Position numbers and translations under genes: made by a program. The notes below the pieces were generated by a model that was not told the DNA's origin, ran no database searches, and saw only the letters and a list, made by a program, of their open reading frames with translations. Shown here piece by piece: positions 18,418 through 28,076 of a stretch of 64,000 nucleotides of DNA; the stretch's first letter is position 1, and each line of letters opens with the position of its first letter. The DNA is taken from the NCBI GenBank assembly GCA_963770895.1, contig CAVYRF010000002.1, forward strand, positions 4,032,001-4,096,000, read 5' to 3'. This stretch comes from an uncultured Acidobacteriota bacterium. Its GTDB lineage: Bacteria > Acidobacteriota > Thermoanaerobaculia > Multivoradales > UBA5704.

Positions 18418-20250
18418 GTGCTGCTCGAAATCCACGTGCGCAATCTGGCGGTGTTGGCCGAGGCGTCGGTGACGTTCGGTCCGGGGTTCAACGTGCTTTC
18501 GGGGGAGACGGGGGCGGGCAAGTCGATCGTGGTGGATTCGCTGTTCCTGCTGGCGGGGGCGCGGGCCAGCGGCGATCTGATCCGGGCGGGGGCGGAGGCG
18601 CTGACGGTGTCGGGGGTGTTCCGGCCGGGGGGGGCGGGGTGGCGGCGGGTGCTGGACGCGGCGGCGATCGAGATCGAAGGGGACGAAGTGCTGGTGCGGC
18701 GGGAGATCGGGCGCAACGGCCGCAACCGGGTGTTCGTCAACGATCAGCCGACGACGCTGCGGCTGCTGGCGGACCTGGCGCCGCACCTGCTGCGCATTCA
18801 TGGACAGCGCGACGAGCTTGACCTGCTGGCGGCGGAGCAGCAGCGGGAGTGGCTGGACGCGGGGGGTGGGGCGGAGGGGGACGGGCTGCTGGCGCGGGTG
18901 GGCGAAGCGTTCGCGCGCCACGCCCGGCTGGTGGAGCGCATCGAGCGCCTGAGCGGCGACGAGCGGCTGCGGCGGGAGCGGATCGAGCTGCTGCGGTTTC
19001 AGGCCGGCGAGATCGATGAAGCCAAGGGGCGGGCGGGCGAAGACGACGAGCTGCGGCAGGAGCGCGAAGTGCTGCGGCATGCCGAGGCGATCGCCGCGGC
19101 CGTGGGCGGCGCGCAGGCGCTGCTGTCCGAAGAGGAGGGCGCGGCGGTGGAGCGGGTGGCGCGCGCGCATTCGCTGCTGGCCGGGGTGGCGTCGTGGGAG
19201 CCGCAGGCGGCGGCCTGGGCTGCCGAAGTGGAGGAGGTCCGCATCCGCCTGGCGGAGGTGGCGACCGGCCTGGCGCGGCGCCTGGACGGGTTGGAGGCGG
19301 ACCCGGTGCGGCTGGATGCGGTGGAGGCGCGGCTGGCCCTGCTCGAAAGGCTGTGTCGCCGGCACGGCGGCGACCTGGCGCAGGTGCTGGCGCGGCGGGC
19401 TGAGATGGAGATCGAGCTGGCGGAGCTGGAGGGCGATGCCGACAACCTCGAGCAGCTGGCTGGCGAGGCGGCGGCGGCGCTCGCGGACTATCGCCAGGCG
19501 GCCCTGGCGCTGTCGGCGGCGCGGCAGGGGTGGGGCCAGGCGCTGGCGGGCCGCATCGAAGAGGAGCTGCAGGACCTGGCGCTGGGCCGGGCGCGGCTGG
19601 CGGTGCGCCTGGACCGGCGGCGCCGGGCCGAAAGCGAGCTGGTGCTGGACGGCGAGCCGGTCGACTACGGCCCGCATGGCATCGACCAGGTGACCTTCCT
19701 GTTCGCTCCCAATCCCGGCGAGGAGCCGCGTGCGCTGGCGCGCATCGCCTCGGGGGGAGAGCTGTCGCGGCTGCACCTGGCTCTGCAGCTGGCCGCCGGC
19801 GCCGGCCCGCGGCGGGCGGCGGGGGACTTGGGGGCGACCGTCCAGGAGCGGGAGGACGTGGCGCCGACCTTGGTGTTCGACGAGGTGGACAGCGGCATCG
19901 GCGGCGCCGAGGCGGCGGCGCTGGGGCGCAAGCTGCAACGGCTGGCCGCGGCCCGGCAGATCCTGGCCGTGACCCACCTGCCGCAGGTGGCGAGCCGCGC
20001 GGACCTCCATTTTCGCGTGCGCAAGACGGTGGCGGAGGGGCGGACCAACGTGCTGGTGGACCCGCTGGGCGGGCCGCGGCGGGTCGAAGAGGTGGCGCGC
20101 ATGCTGGGCGGGGAGTCGCTGACGCCGCTGTCGCTGTCGCACGCCGAAGAGCTGATCGCGGCGGCGGCCCGCGGCGCCGCCCAGCCGCCGGACCAGCCGC
20201 CGGCGCGGGCTGCCAGGCCGGCGGGCGGTCGGCGTCCGGCGGCGCCATGA
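18418..20250 (+). CDS. recN: DNA repair protein RecN
   Basis: FNVLSGETGAGKS (Walker A), IHGQ, coiled coil, IASGGELSR signature, LVFDEVDSGIGG, VTHLPQVA, RVEEVARMLGG. Confidence 0.96.
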   Translation: MLLEIHVRNLAVLAEASVTFGPGFNVLSGETGAGKSIVVDSLFLLAGARASGDLIRAGAEALTVSGVFRPGGAGWRRVLDAAAIEIEGDEVLVRREIGRNGRNRVFVNDQPTTLRLLADLAPHLLRIHGQRDELDLLAAEQQREWLDAGGGAEGDGLLARVGEAFARHARLVERIERLSGDERLRRERIELLRFQAGEIDEAKGRAGEDDELRQEREVLRHAEAIAAAVGGAQALLSEEEGAAVERVARAHSLLAGVASWEPQAAAWAAEVEEVRIRLAEVATGLARRLDGLEADPVRLDAVEARLALLERLCRRHGGDLAQVLARRAEMEIELAELEGDADNLEQLAGEAAAALADYRQAALALSAARQGWGQALAGRIEEELQDLALGRARLAVRLDRRRRAESELVLDGEPVDYGPHGIDQVTFLFAPNPGEEPRALARIASGGELSRLHLALQLAAGAGPRRAAGDLGATVQEREDVAPTLVFDEVDSGIGGAEAAALGRKLQRLAAARQILAVTHLPQVASRADLHFRVRKTVAEGRTNVLVDPLGGPRRVEEVARMLGGESLTPLSLSHAEELIAAAARGAAQPPDQPPARAARPAGGRRPAAP

Positions 20251-20287
20251 GCGGCGGACGTCGCGGGCGCCGGCGGCGGCACCCGCG

Positions 20288-20995
20288 GTGACGCCTGCGG
20301 CGGGGGCGGTCTGGCGCTGGCAGTTCGGCTCGCCGGTCGGGCCGCTCGCGGCGCTGCTGGCGGCGGGCGGGGTGGTGGCGATCCCCACGGAATCCAGCTA
20401 CGGATTGGCGGCGGTTCCTACCAGCGCGGCCGGCGTCGAGGCGATCTACCGGGTGAAGGGGCGCGAGCGCGGCAAGGCGCTGCCGGTGGTCGTGGCGGGG
20501 CTGGCGCAGCTGGCTGGCTTGGGGATCGCGCCCGACCTGCCTATACTCATGCGCCTGTCGGCGTTCTGGCCCGGCCCGCTCACGGTGGTGGTGCCGCTGG
20601 CCGCCGGCAGCGGTGCGGCCGCGCCTCCGGCGGCGGCCGGCGGCACCAGCCTGGCGGTCCGTATCCCCGGTCATGCACGGCTGCTGGAGCTGCTGGAGCA
20701 GCTGGGGCACGGGCTTACCGCGACCAGCGCCAACCGCAGCGGTGGCGAGCCGATTCTGGACCCGGGCGAGGTGGCGGCGCTGCTGGGCGCGTCGCTGGGA
20801 GCAGCGGCGGCCGCGGGGGCTGGGACGGCAGGCGCGGCGGTGGTGGACGGCGGCATTCTGGCCGGCGGGCCGCCCTCGACGATGGTGGTCGCGGTGGCGG
20901 CGCCGGATGCGCCGGACGGCTGGGGCGTCAAGGTGCTGCGCGCCGGCAGTGTTCCGGTCGAGCGGTTGCGCGAGCAGGTGCGCGTACTCGCGTAA
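20288..20995 (+). CDS. tsaC: L-threonylcarbamoyladenylate synthase (TsaC/YrdC/Sua5 family)
   Basis: VAIPTESSYGLA, IYRVKGR...KALP, FWPGPLTVV, AVRIPGH, LTATSANRSG, PSTMV. Confidence 0.9.
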   Translation: MTPAAGAVWRWQFGSPVGPLAALLAAGGVVAIPTESSYGLAAVPTSAAGVEAIYRVKGRERGKALPVVVAGLAQLAGLGIAPDLPILMRLSAFWPGPLTVVVPLAAGSGAAAPPAAAGGTSLAVRIPGHARLLELLEQLGHGLTATSANRSGGEPILDPGEVAALLGASLGAAAAAGAGTAGAAVVDGGILAGGPPSTMVVAVAAPDAPDGWGVKVLRAGSVPVERLREQVRVLA

Positions 20996-21027
20996 GCGCC
21001 GGGAACAGTGCGCGGCACTCGGAGGTT

Positions 21028-23079
21028 GTGGTGACAGATATGCGGCACGGAACACAGACCCAAGGCACCCGCCGAAGCTCCCCGCTCTCCCCCTTGCTGG
21101 CGCTCACCGCGCTGCTGCCGCTGCTGGCGGTCCTGGGCCTGGCGCCGCGGCCGGCGCGCGCCGCCGACGCCGCCAGCGCCTCCAGGACACTGCCGACGAT
21201 CGATATCGACGAGGTGAAAGTGGGCCAGCGCGGCTACGGCCTGTCGGTGTTTTCCGGCGGCGAGCCGCAGCGCTTCGAAGTCGAAGTGATCGGCGTGATG
21301 CGCAACACCAGCCCGGACATGAGCTACATCCTGGCGCGGCTGTCGGGGCGCGGCCTGGAGTCGAGCGGGGTGGCGGCGGGCATGAGCGGCAGCCCGGTGT
21401 TCCTCGACGGGCGCCTGGCCGGCGCGGTGGCGTTCGGCTGGCCTTTTTCGAAAGAGGCGATGTGCGGCGTGACGCCGATCGCGGTGATGCGCCGCCTGAC
21501 GACGCTGGGGTCGCCGGTGCCGACGTCGGCGCCGCCGCCGGTGCCGCTGGCCGACCTGCTGGCCGGCCGCGTGCCCGCCGACCTGCTGGCCCGCCAGATG
21601 GCGCGCCTGCACCTCAGCCAGGGCGGCCTCCCCGAGGGAGCGCTGTCGGGGGTCGAATGGTCGAGCGTCGGGTTCGGCGAGCAGTCGCGCGCCCTTTTGG
21701 GGCAGGCGCTGGGGCGCGTCGCGTCGGCGGGCAGCCTGGGCGCGGCGCCGCTGGGAGCCGCGCCGCCGGCGGCGCGGCCCGAGCTGGTTCCCGGCAGCGC
21801 GGTGGCGGCGGTGCTGGTGGACGGCGACCTGCAGCTGGCCGCGGTCGGCACCGTGACCGATCACCTGGGCGACCGCATCCTCGCCTTCGGCCACGCCTTC
21901 CTGGGCTTCGGCGCGATCCGCGTGCCGATGGCGACGGCGGACGTGATCACCGTGCTGTCCAGCCAGTACAGCTCGTTCAAGATCGCCAACCTGGGCGCCA
22001 CCGTGGGCGCCTTCGAGCAGGACCGTCAGGCTGGCATCGAAGGGCGGCTGGGGGCGCAGGCGACGATGGTGCCGCTGTCGCTGCGCATCGGCGGCGCGCT
22101 GGCCAAGGCCGCCGGCGGCTCGTCCCCGGCTGCCGACGCCGCGTCCTCGGCTGCCGGCGCCGCGCCGGCGCGCCTGTTCCACGTGCGCATCGCCGACGTG
22201 CCCGAGCTGCTGCCGCTGCTCAGCGGCAGCACCCTGGCCGCCGGCCTGGAATCGGCCAGCTTTTCGAGCGGCCCCCAGGACCTGGACCTGACGGCCCGCT
22301 TCCGCATGGCCGGGCACGAAGACCTGGTGGTGCGGCAGAGCTTCGACGGCGAGGGCGCCACCAGCTCGATGGCCAGCTACCTGGTGGCGGTGGCGTCCTA
22401 TCTGGAGCAGAACCCGCTCGAGCAGGTGCACATCCAGGACGTCGACGTCAACATCGAGCAGACGCCGCGCCAGCAGACCGCGACCGTCACCGCCGCCTAT
22501 GCCGACCGCGCCATCGTGCACCCCGGCGATCGCCTGGGCATCCACGTCGAGCTGCAGGCGTACCGCGGCCAGCGCTCCCGCCATTCGTTCGAGCTGCAGC
22601 TGCCGCGCGACCTGCCGCTGGGCCGCTATTCGATGCTGGTCGGCGACGGCCCCAGCGCCGATGCCGCGCGCCTCACCCTGGCGCCGGTCGATCCGGGCAC
22701 CTTCGCCCAGGCCATGGCCCTGCTGCGCTCGCTCCATTCGCGCCGCGACCTTGCCCTGATCGGCTTTTACAGCGGCGCGGGGGTGGCGGTGGCGGGCGAG
22801 GTGCTGCCCATGCTCCCCGGCTCGCTGCGCTCGCTGTGGGCCGCCTCGGCGGCGCCCGGCGCGGCGCCGCTGCACGTCGCCATCGCCCAGGAGCGGCACG
22901 AGACCCTGGAGGTGCCGATCGAAGGCCTGGTGCGGATCGACGTCGACGTGCGGCGGCGCGACGCTCCGCCGGCAGCCGGCGGCGCCGAGCACCAGGGCGC
23001 CGGCGAAGGCGAAGGCGAATCTTCCGTCCAGCTTTACGATTCCGCGATGCCTGCGTCGGGCAGCGAGGGGGTGCAATGA
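21028..23079 (+). CDS. Secreted SpoIVB-like peptidase (S55 domain)
   Basis: Signal peptide, GQRGYGLSVFSG...FEVEVIGV, SGVAAGMSGSPV...GRLAGAVAFG, AVGTVT, ILAFGHAF, SSFK, QDRQAGI. Confidence 0.82.
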   Translation: MVTDMRHGTQTQGTRRSSPLSPLLALTALLPLLAVLGLAPRPARAADAASASRTLPTIDIDEVKVGQRGYGLSVFSGGEPQRFEVEVIGVMRNTSPDMSYILARLSGRGLESSGVAAGMSGSPVFLDGRLAGAVAFGWPFSKEAMCGVTPIAVMRRLTTLGSPVPTSAPPPVPLADLLAGRVPADLLARQMARLHLSQGGLPEGALSGVEWSSVGFGEQSRALLGQALGRVASAGSLGAAPLGAAPPAARPELVPGSAVAAVLVDGDLQLAAVGTVTDHLGDRILAFGHAFLGFGAIRVPMATADVITVLSSQYSSFKIANLGATVGAFEQDRQAGIEGRLGAQATMVPLSLRIGGALAKAAGGSSPAADAASSAAGAAPARLFHVRIADVPELLPLLSGSTLAAGLESASFSSGPQDLDLTARFRMAGHEDLVVRQSFDGEGATSSMASYLVAVASYLEQNPLEQVHIQDVDVNIEQTPRQQTATVTAAYADRAIVHPGDRLGIHVELQAYRGQRSRHSFELQLPRDLPLGRYSMLVGDGPSADAARLTLAPVDPGTFAQAMALLRSLHSRRDLALIGFYSGAGVAVAGEVLPMLPGSLRSLWAASAAPGAAPLHVAIAQERHETLEVPIEGLVRIDVDVRRRDAPPAAGGAEHQGAGEGEGESSVQLYDSAMPASGSEGVQ

Positions 23080-25481
23080 TGCGCAGGATTGCCGGCAGCG
23101 CCGGTCTTGCCGGGTTGGCCGCCCTGGGCTGGTTTGCCGCCCTGGGTACCTTTGGCGCCGTCGCCGCTCGCGCCACGCAGGTCAAGATCTTCGAGACGCG
23201 CGGCGCCGTCTCCTTCCTGGGCGGCAAGCTCTCGGGGGTCAACGTCGACGCCCTGGGACGGATGCGCCTGGCGCCGCGCGCCGAGCACCTGGCGACGCTC
23301 GAAGAGCCGTTTCTGTTCAGCGCCGCCGTGCTGCGCGACCCCGCCGGCCATGGCGCGACGAGCGCGGAAGACAGCTGGGTCGTCGGCACCGGCAACTCCG
23401 GCAAGGTCCTGGCGATCGATCGCCACGGCGCCGTGCGCGAGCTGTTCGCCGCCCCCGAGCCCGAGGTGTTCGCGCTGTGGGCCGATCCCGACGGCACGGT
23501 CTACGCCGGCACCTCGCCGCACGGCAAGGTGTACCGCATCCCCCCCGGCGGCAAGGCCGCACCGTTTTTCGACCCCGGCGAAACCTACATCTGGGCGCTG
23601 GCGCGCGACGCCGCGGGCAAGCTCCTGGTCGCCACCGGCGGCCGCGGCAAGCTCTATCGCGTCGACGACAAGGGGCACGGCGAGGTGGCCTTTACCGCCG
23701 ACGACCTGCACATCCGCTCGCTGGCGCCGCAGCCCGGCGGCGACATCCTGCTGGGCACCGCCGGCAAGGGCCTGATCCTGCGCCTGGACGCCAAGGGGCA
23801 CGCGCGCACCCTCTACCAGGGCGAAGCGCCGGAAGTGGCGGCGTTTGCCACCGCACCCGACGGCGTGACCTACGCGGCGCTGGTGGCCTCCGAAGCCAGC
23901 CTGGTGGATCTCAGCCCCGCCGCGGCCGCCGCCGCGGCCGGTGGCGGCGGGGGAGGCGGCACGGCGCCTGGCGCCGGCGGCGGACTGCCGGCGGCGGGCA
24001 CCGGCGGCGCGCGCCCCGGCGCCAAGCCGGGCAAGCAGCCGGCGGCCGCCGACGCGGGCGAGACGCCCAGCCTGGGCAGCCGCCATCCCGGCGCCACCGG
24101 CCCGCGCAGCGAGCTGCTGCGCATCGCCGCCGACGGGTCGGTGGAATCGCTGTGGACGTTCAACATCGACACCCTGTTTTCCCTGCTGTGGCAGAACGAC
24201 AAGCTGTGGCTGGCAACCGGCGTCGAAGGCAAGCTGTGGAGCTATGCGGGCGGCCAGCTGACGCTGGAAGAGGACCTGGACGACCGCCAGATCGTGACCC
24301 TGCTGCCCGGCGCGGCGGGCCCGGTGTTCGCCACCACCAACGGTTCGTCGCTGTACCGCGTGGTGGCCGCCACCGAGCAGCACGGCGTTTACACCAGCGC
24401 CGCCCTCGACGCCGGTCAGGCGGCGCGCTTCGGCACCTTCCGCTGGCTGGGCGAGGTGCCGGACGGCGCGTCGGTGCGGCTGTCGTTCCGCAGCGGCATG
24501 AGCGCGGTCCCCGACGACACCTGGTCGCCCTGGCTGACGCCGGAGGCCCGCTCCGCGCCGGCCGGCTCCGCGCCCGCGACCAACTGGCCCGAAGGCAAGA
24601 GCACGGCGCGCGTCGCCGGCCCGGCCCTGACCGAGGAGCTGCCGCTGACCGACCTGCCTCGCGCGCGCTACGTGCAGTGGCGCGCCGAGATCACCGCCGG
24701 CGGCCGCCACGGCCGTTCGCCGGTTGTGTACGCCGCCGAGCTGTCGTATCGCCAGGTGAACCTGCGGCCCCGCATCTCCATGCTGGCGGCCCTGGATCCG
24801 GGACAGATCCTGGTGCCGGTGTCGTTCAACCCGACCAACCAGGTGTACGAGCCGCCGCACCCCAACCGCGACGGCATCTTCGTGCCGATCGGCACCCCCG
24901 CCGGCGACGAGGGCGGCGGCGGGCGCACCAAGGTGCTGTGGAAGATGGGCTACCAGACCTTGCGCTGGAGCGCCGCCGATCCCAACGACGACCCGCTGCT
25001 CTTCGACCTGTACTTCCGCCCGGCCGAGGCGGCGGACGACGCCCCCTGGCTGAAGGTGGCGGGCGACGTGGACGACGACCATTTCAGCTTCGACGCCACG
25101 GCGCTGCCCGACGGCTACTACCGGTTCCGCCTGGTCGCCTCGGACCGCCTGGCCAACGACCCGGACGCCGCGCTGTCGGCGGAGCGGATCAGCGAGCCGG
25201 TGGCGATCGACCACTCGCCGCCGGCGCTGGTGGCGGTCGAACGCGAGGGCAAGCGCTGGCGCATCACCCTGCGCGACGCGCTCAGCCCCATCCGCGACGT
25301 GGAATACAGCGTCGATGCCGGACCCTGGAAGCCGGCGCGCGCCGCCGACGGCCTGCTGGACGCCGAAACCGAAACGGTGCTGATCGACGCCGACGACGCC
25401 GCGAACGCCAAGCTGCTGCTGCTGCGGGCGACCGACGCCGCGTACAATGTCGTCACCTTCAATCTCAGCCGGAGCCGGTAA
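23076..25481 (+). CDS. Secreted beta-propeller (WD40-like) protein with C-terminal Fn3/Ig-like domains
   Basis: ATGA overlap with the S55 gene. Signal peptide, repeated blades (VVGTGNSGKVLAI, VYAGTSPHGKVYRI, LVATGGRGKLYRV), then WSAADPNDDPL and LPDGYYRFRLVASD. Confidence 0.8.
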   Translation: MMRRIAGSAGLAGLAALGWFAALGTFGAVAARATQVKIFETRGAVSFLGGKLSGVNVDALGRMRLAPRAEHLATLEEPFLFSAAVLRDPAGHGATSAEDSWVVGTGNSGKVLAIDRHGAVRELFAAPEPEVFALWADPDGTVYAGTSPHGKVYRIPPGGKAAPFFDPGETYIWALARDAAGKLLVATGGRGKLYRVDDKGHGEVAFTADDLHIRSLAPQPGGDILLGTAGKGLILRLDAKGHARTLYQGEAPEVAAFATAPDGVTYAALVASEASLVDLSPAAAAAAAGGGGGGGTAPGAGGGLPAAGTGGARPGAKPGKQPAAADAGETPSLGSRHPGATGPRSELLRIAADGSVESLWTFNIDTLFSLLWQNDKLWLATGVEGKLWSYAGGQLTLEEDLDDRQIVTLLPGAAGPVFATTNGSSLYRVVAATEQHGVYTSAALDAGQAARFGTFRWLGEVPDGASVRLSFRSGMSAVPDDTWSPWLTPEARSAPAGSAPATNWPEGKSTARVAGPALTEELPLTDLPRARYVQWRAEITAGGRHGRSPVVYAAELSYRQVNLRPRISMLAALDPGQILVPVSFNPTNQVYEPPHPNRDGIFVPIGTPAGDEGGGGRTKVLWKMGYQTLRWSAADPNDDPLLFDLYFRPAEAADDAPWLKVAGDVDDDHFSFDATALPDGYYRFRLVASDRLANDPDAALSAERISEPVAIDHSPPALVAVEREGKRWRITLRDALSPIRDVEYSVDAGPWKPARAADGLLDAETETVLIDADDAANAKLLLLRATDAAYNVVTFNLSRSR

Positions 25482-25488
25482 GGGAGCG

Positions 25489-26025
25489 ATGAGCGTGCGC
25501 ATTGCCGTCTATCCGGGATCGTTCGACCCCATCCACAACGGCCACCTCGACCTGATCGAGCGCTGCCGCCCGATGTTCGACCGGCTGGTCATCGCGGTGC
25601 TGAACAACGAGGTGAAGCGGGCGCTGTTCAGCGTCGAGGAGCGGCAGGAGATCATCCGCGAGCTGGTCGGCCACGGCGACGGCTGTGCCGTCGAAAGCTT
25701 TTCCGGCCTGCTGGTCGACTTCATGGACCAGGTGGGCGCCCGCATCGTGGTGCGCGGTCTGCGCGCGGTGACCGATTTCGAATACGAGTTCCAGATGGCG
25801 CTGATGAACCGCCGCCTCAACCCGCGCGTCGAAACCGTTTTCATGGCGCCCAACGAAGAGTACAGTTACCTGTCGAGCCGCCTGGTCAAAGAGGTGTTTT
25901 CCCTGGGCGGCGACCTGACCGGGCTGGTGCCCGACGCCGTGCTGGCGCGCCTGGGAAAGCGCCTGCCGCGGCGCTCCAAGGACGCCGGTGCGGCGCCGCC
26001 CGCGGGCCGGGCGGCCGACCTGTAG
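25489..26025 (+). CDS. coaD: Phosphopantetheine adenylyltransferase
   Basis: AVYPGSFDPIHNGHLD, LFSVEER, VRGLRAVTDFEYEFQMA, LSSRLVKEV. Confidence 0.97.
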   Translation: MSVRIAVYPGSFDPIHNGHLDLIERCRPMFDRLVIAVLNNEVKRALFSVEERQEIIRELVGHGDGCAVESFSGLLVDFMDQVGARIVVRGLRAVTDFEYEFQMALMNRRLNPRVETVFMAPNEEYSYLSSRLVKEVFSLGGDLTGLVPDAVLARLGKRLPRRSKDAGAAPPAGRAADL

Positions 26026-26026
26026 G

Positions 26027-27112
26027 ATGCTGGATTCTCCGTCGCCGCGACGCTCCATGAGCCTCGATCGGTTCCTCCTGCGGATGCCCAAGGTTGAGCT
26101 GCACGTCCACCTGGAGGGGGCGATGCGCCCCTCGGTGCTGATCGAGCTGGCCCGCCGCAACGGCGTCGAGCTGCCCGCGGCGGACGAAGCGGGGCTCAAA
26201 CGCTGGTTCCGCTTCCGCGATTTCGAGCACTTCGTGCAGGTCTACCTGACGTGCTCGCGCTCGCTGCGCGCGCCCGAAGACTTCAAGCTCCTGGCCAGCG
26301 ACTTTCTCGCCGAGCAGGCAATGCAGAACGTCGCCTACAGCGAGGTGCACTTCACAATCTCGACTCACCTCGCCAACGGCGTCAACGGTGGCGAGGTGCT
26401 GGACGCGCTGGCCGAGGCGATCGCCGAAGGGGAGAGCCGCTTCGGCGTCGTCATGCGCCTGATCCCCGACGTGGTGCGCAACGTCGGTCCCGAAGCGGCG
26501 GACAAGACGGTGGAATGGGCGCTGGCCGGGCGCGGCCGCGGTGTCGTGGCGCTGGGCCTTTCGGGCAGCGAAGCGCGCTTCCCCAACGCGCCGTTCCGCC
26601 CCCACTTCGAGGCGGCGCGGGCGGCGGGCCTGCACCGCGTGGCCCACGCCGGCGAGCACGCCGGACCCGATTCGATCCGCTCGGTGATCGAAGTCTGCGG
26701 CGCCGAGCGCATCGGCCACGGCATCCGCGCCTGGGAGGACCCGGCGTTGCTCGACGAGCTGCGCTCCAACCGCATCCCGCTGGAGGTCTGCCCTTCGTCC
26801 AACCTGTGCCTGGGCGTGGTGCCGGACCTGGACCATCACCCCTTCGACCGCCTGTACCGCGCCGGCGTCCACCTGTCGGTCAACTCGGACGACCCGGCGT
26901 TCTTCAATACCAACCTGACGCGCGAGTACCTGCGCCTGGGCCAGACGTTCGGCTACGAGGCCGCCGACCTGGCGGGGCTGGCTCTGGCCGGCCTGCGCCA
27001 GTCGTTTCTGCCGGAGCCGGAGCGCATCGCCATGGAGGCGCGCTTCCAGGCCCAGCTGGCGAGCCTGGGCCACGAGCTGTTCGGCGCCCCCATCCAACCC
27101 GCCATCAATTGA
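26027..27112 (+). CDS. add: Adenosine/adenine deaminase
   Basis: PKVELHVHLEG, AHAGE, ERIGHG, LEVCPSSN, VNSDDP. Start is 26027 or 26057. Confidence 0.92.
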   Translation: MLDSPSPRRSMSLDRFLLRMPKVELHVHLEGAMRPSVLIELARRNGVELPAADEAGLKRWFRFRDFEHFVQVYLTCSRSLRAPEDFKLLASDFLAEQAMQNVAYSEVHFTISTHLANGVNGGEVLDALAEAIAEGESRFGVVMRLIPDVVRNVGPEAADKTVEWALAGRGRGVVALGLSGSEARFPNAPFRPHFEAARAAGLHRVAHAGEHAGPDSIRSVIEVCGAERIGHGIRAWEDPALLDELRSNRIPLEVCPSSNLCLGVVPDLDHHPFDRLYRAGVHLSVNSDDPAFFNTNLTREYLRLGQTFGYEAADLAGLALAGLRQSFLPEPERIAMEARFQAQLASLGHELFGAPIQPAIN

Positions 27113-27223
27113 CGGCGGGCCGCGATTGCGGGATTATTCCCCGCAGATCTCCGTGTTGTAGAGCAGGTTGCAACAGGGTTGAGACATCACGTCAGGACCG
27201 GTGATACCCGGAAAGGCTGCATC

Positions 27224-27940
27224 ATGGTGAATTCTTCTGAGCTGCGGCACCACGCGCCGCGCCGGCACGCCGTCGGAATTCTAATGCTGGCGCTGGCCGC
27301 CTCCACCCTGACCGCGGTCGGCGCGCTGTCGGCGCCGCTGCACAGCGTCGGCACCTTGGTGCCTGGTGCTGTGCAAGCTCTGCGCCAGGTCCAGGGTTTG
27401 TCGCCGCAGGCCCTCGCCGGCGCCCTGGACGCCATGGCCGCCGCCCGCGCCCGCGGCATCGACGGCCGCGACGACGTGCTGACGGTGATCGACTACTCGC
27501 TGCCCTCGACGCAGCCGCGGCTGTGGGTGCTGGACCTGGCGCACGGCACGGTGCTGTTCAGCGAGCTGGTGGCGCACGGCGCGGGCAGCGGCGACAACTA
27601 CGCGGTGCACTTTTCCAACGAGATGAACAGCCGCCAGACCAGCCTGGGCCTGTTCCTCACCGGCACCACCTACGAAGGCGGCAACGGCTACTCGCTGCGC
27701 CTGCAGGGGCTGGACAGCGGCGTCAACGACCTGGCCGCGGAGCGCAACATCGTCATGCACGGCGCCTGGTACGTCAGCGCCGACCACGCCCGCCGCTACG
27801 GCCGGATCGGCCGCAGCTGGGGGTGCCCCGCGCTGCCCCAGGATGTCGCTCCAAGGGTGATCGACACCATCAAGGGCGGCAGCTTCATCTACGCCTACGC
27901 GGTCGCCAACCCGACGTCCGTCCAGCGCACCGTCGACTGA
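27224..27940 (+). CDS. Murein L,D-transpeptidase catalytic domain family protein (YkuD_2)
   Basis: LTVIDYSLPSTQPRLWVLDL, VAHGAGSG, FSN, TSLG, YSLRLQGLD, IVMHGAWYV, GRSWGCPA. Confidence 0.9.
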   Translation: MVNSSELRHHAPRRHAVGILMLALAASTLTAVGALSAPLHSVGTLVPGAVQALRQVQGLSPQALAGALDAMAAARARGIDGRDDVLTVIDYSLPSTQPRLWVLDLAHGTVLFSELVAHGAGSGDNYAVHFSNEMNSRQTSLGLFLTGTTYEGGNGYSLRLQGLDSGVNDLAAERNIVMHGAWYVSADHARRYGRIGRSWGCPALPQDVAPRVIDTIKGGSFIYAYAVANPTSVQRTVD

Positions 27941-27954
27941 ACCGGCAACCCCTC

Positions 27955-27990
27955 AGACCCCCAGACCCCCAGACCCCCAGACCCCCCAGA
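27955..27990. repeat. (AGACCCCC)4 octamer tandem repeat
   Basis: Four exact copies at 27955-27986 plus a partial copy, between convergent genes. Confidence 0.9.
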
Positions 27991-28076
27991 TCGTCAAGCC
28001 CGCCTGGCGTCCCGCCGCCGCGCCGGCGCGCCCCCCTGCCGATTGGGAGGTGCCGGCCGGGCGCCGCCGGTACTTT

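Noticed and set aside
20613-23075. N-terminal 821 aa of the listed 1622-aa ORF
   Set aside because: Off-frame overlap with tsaC and the S55 gene. The real protein starts at 23076 with a signal peptide.
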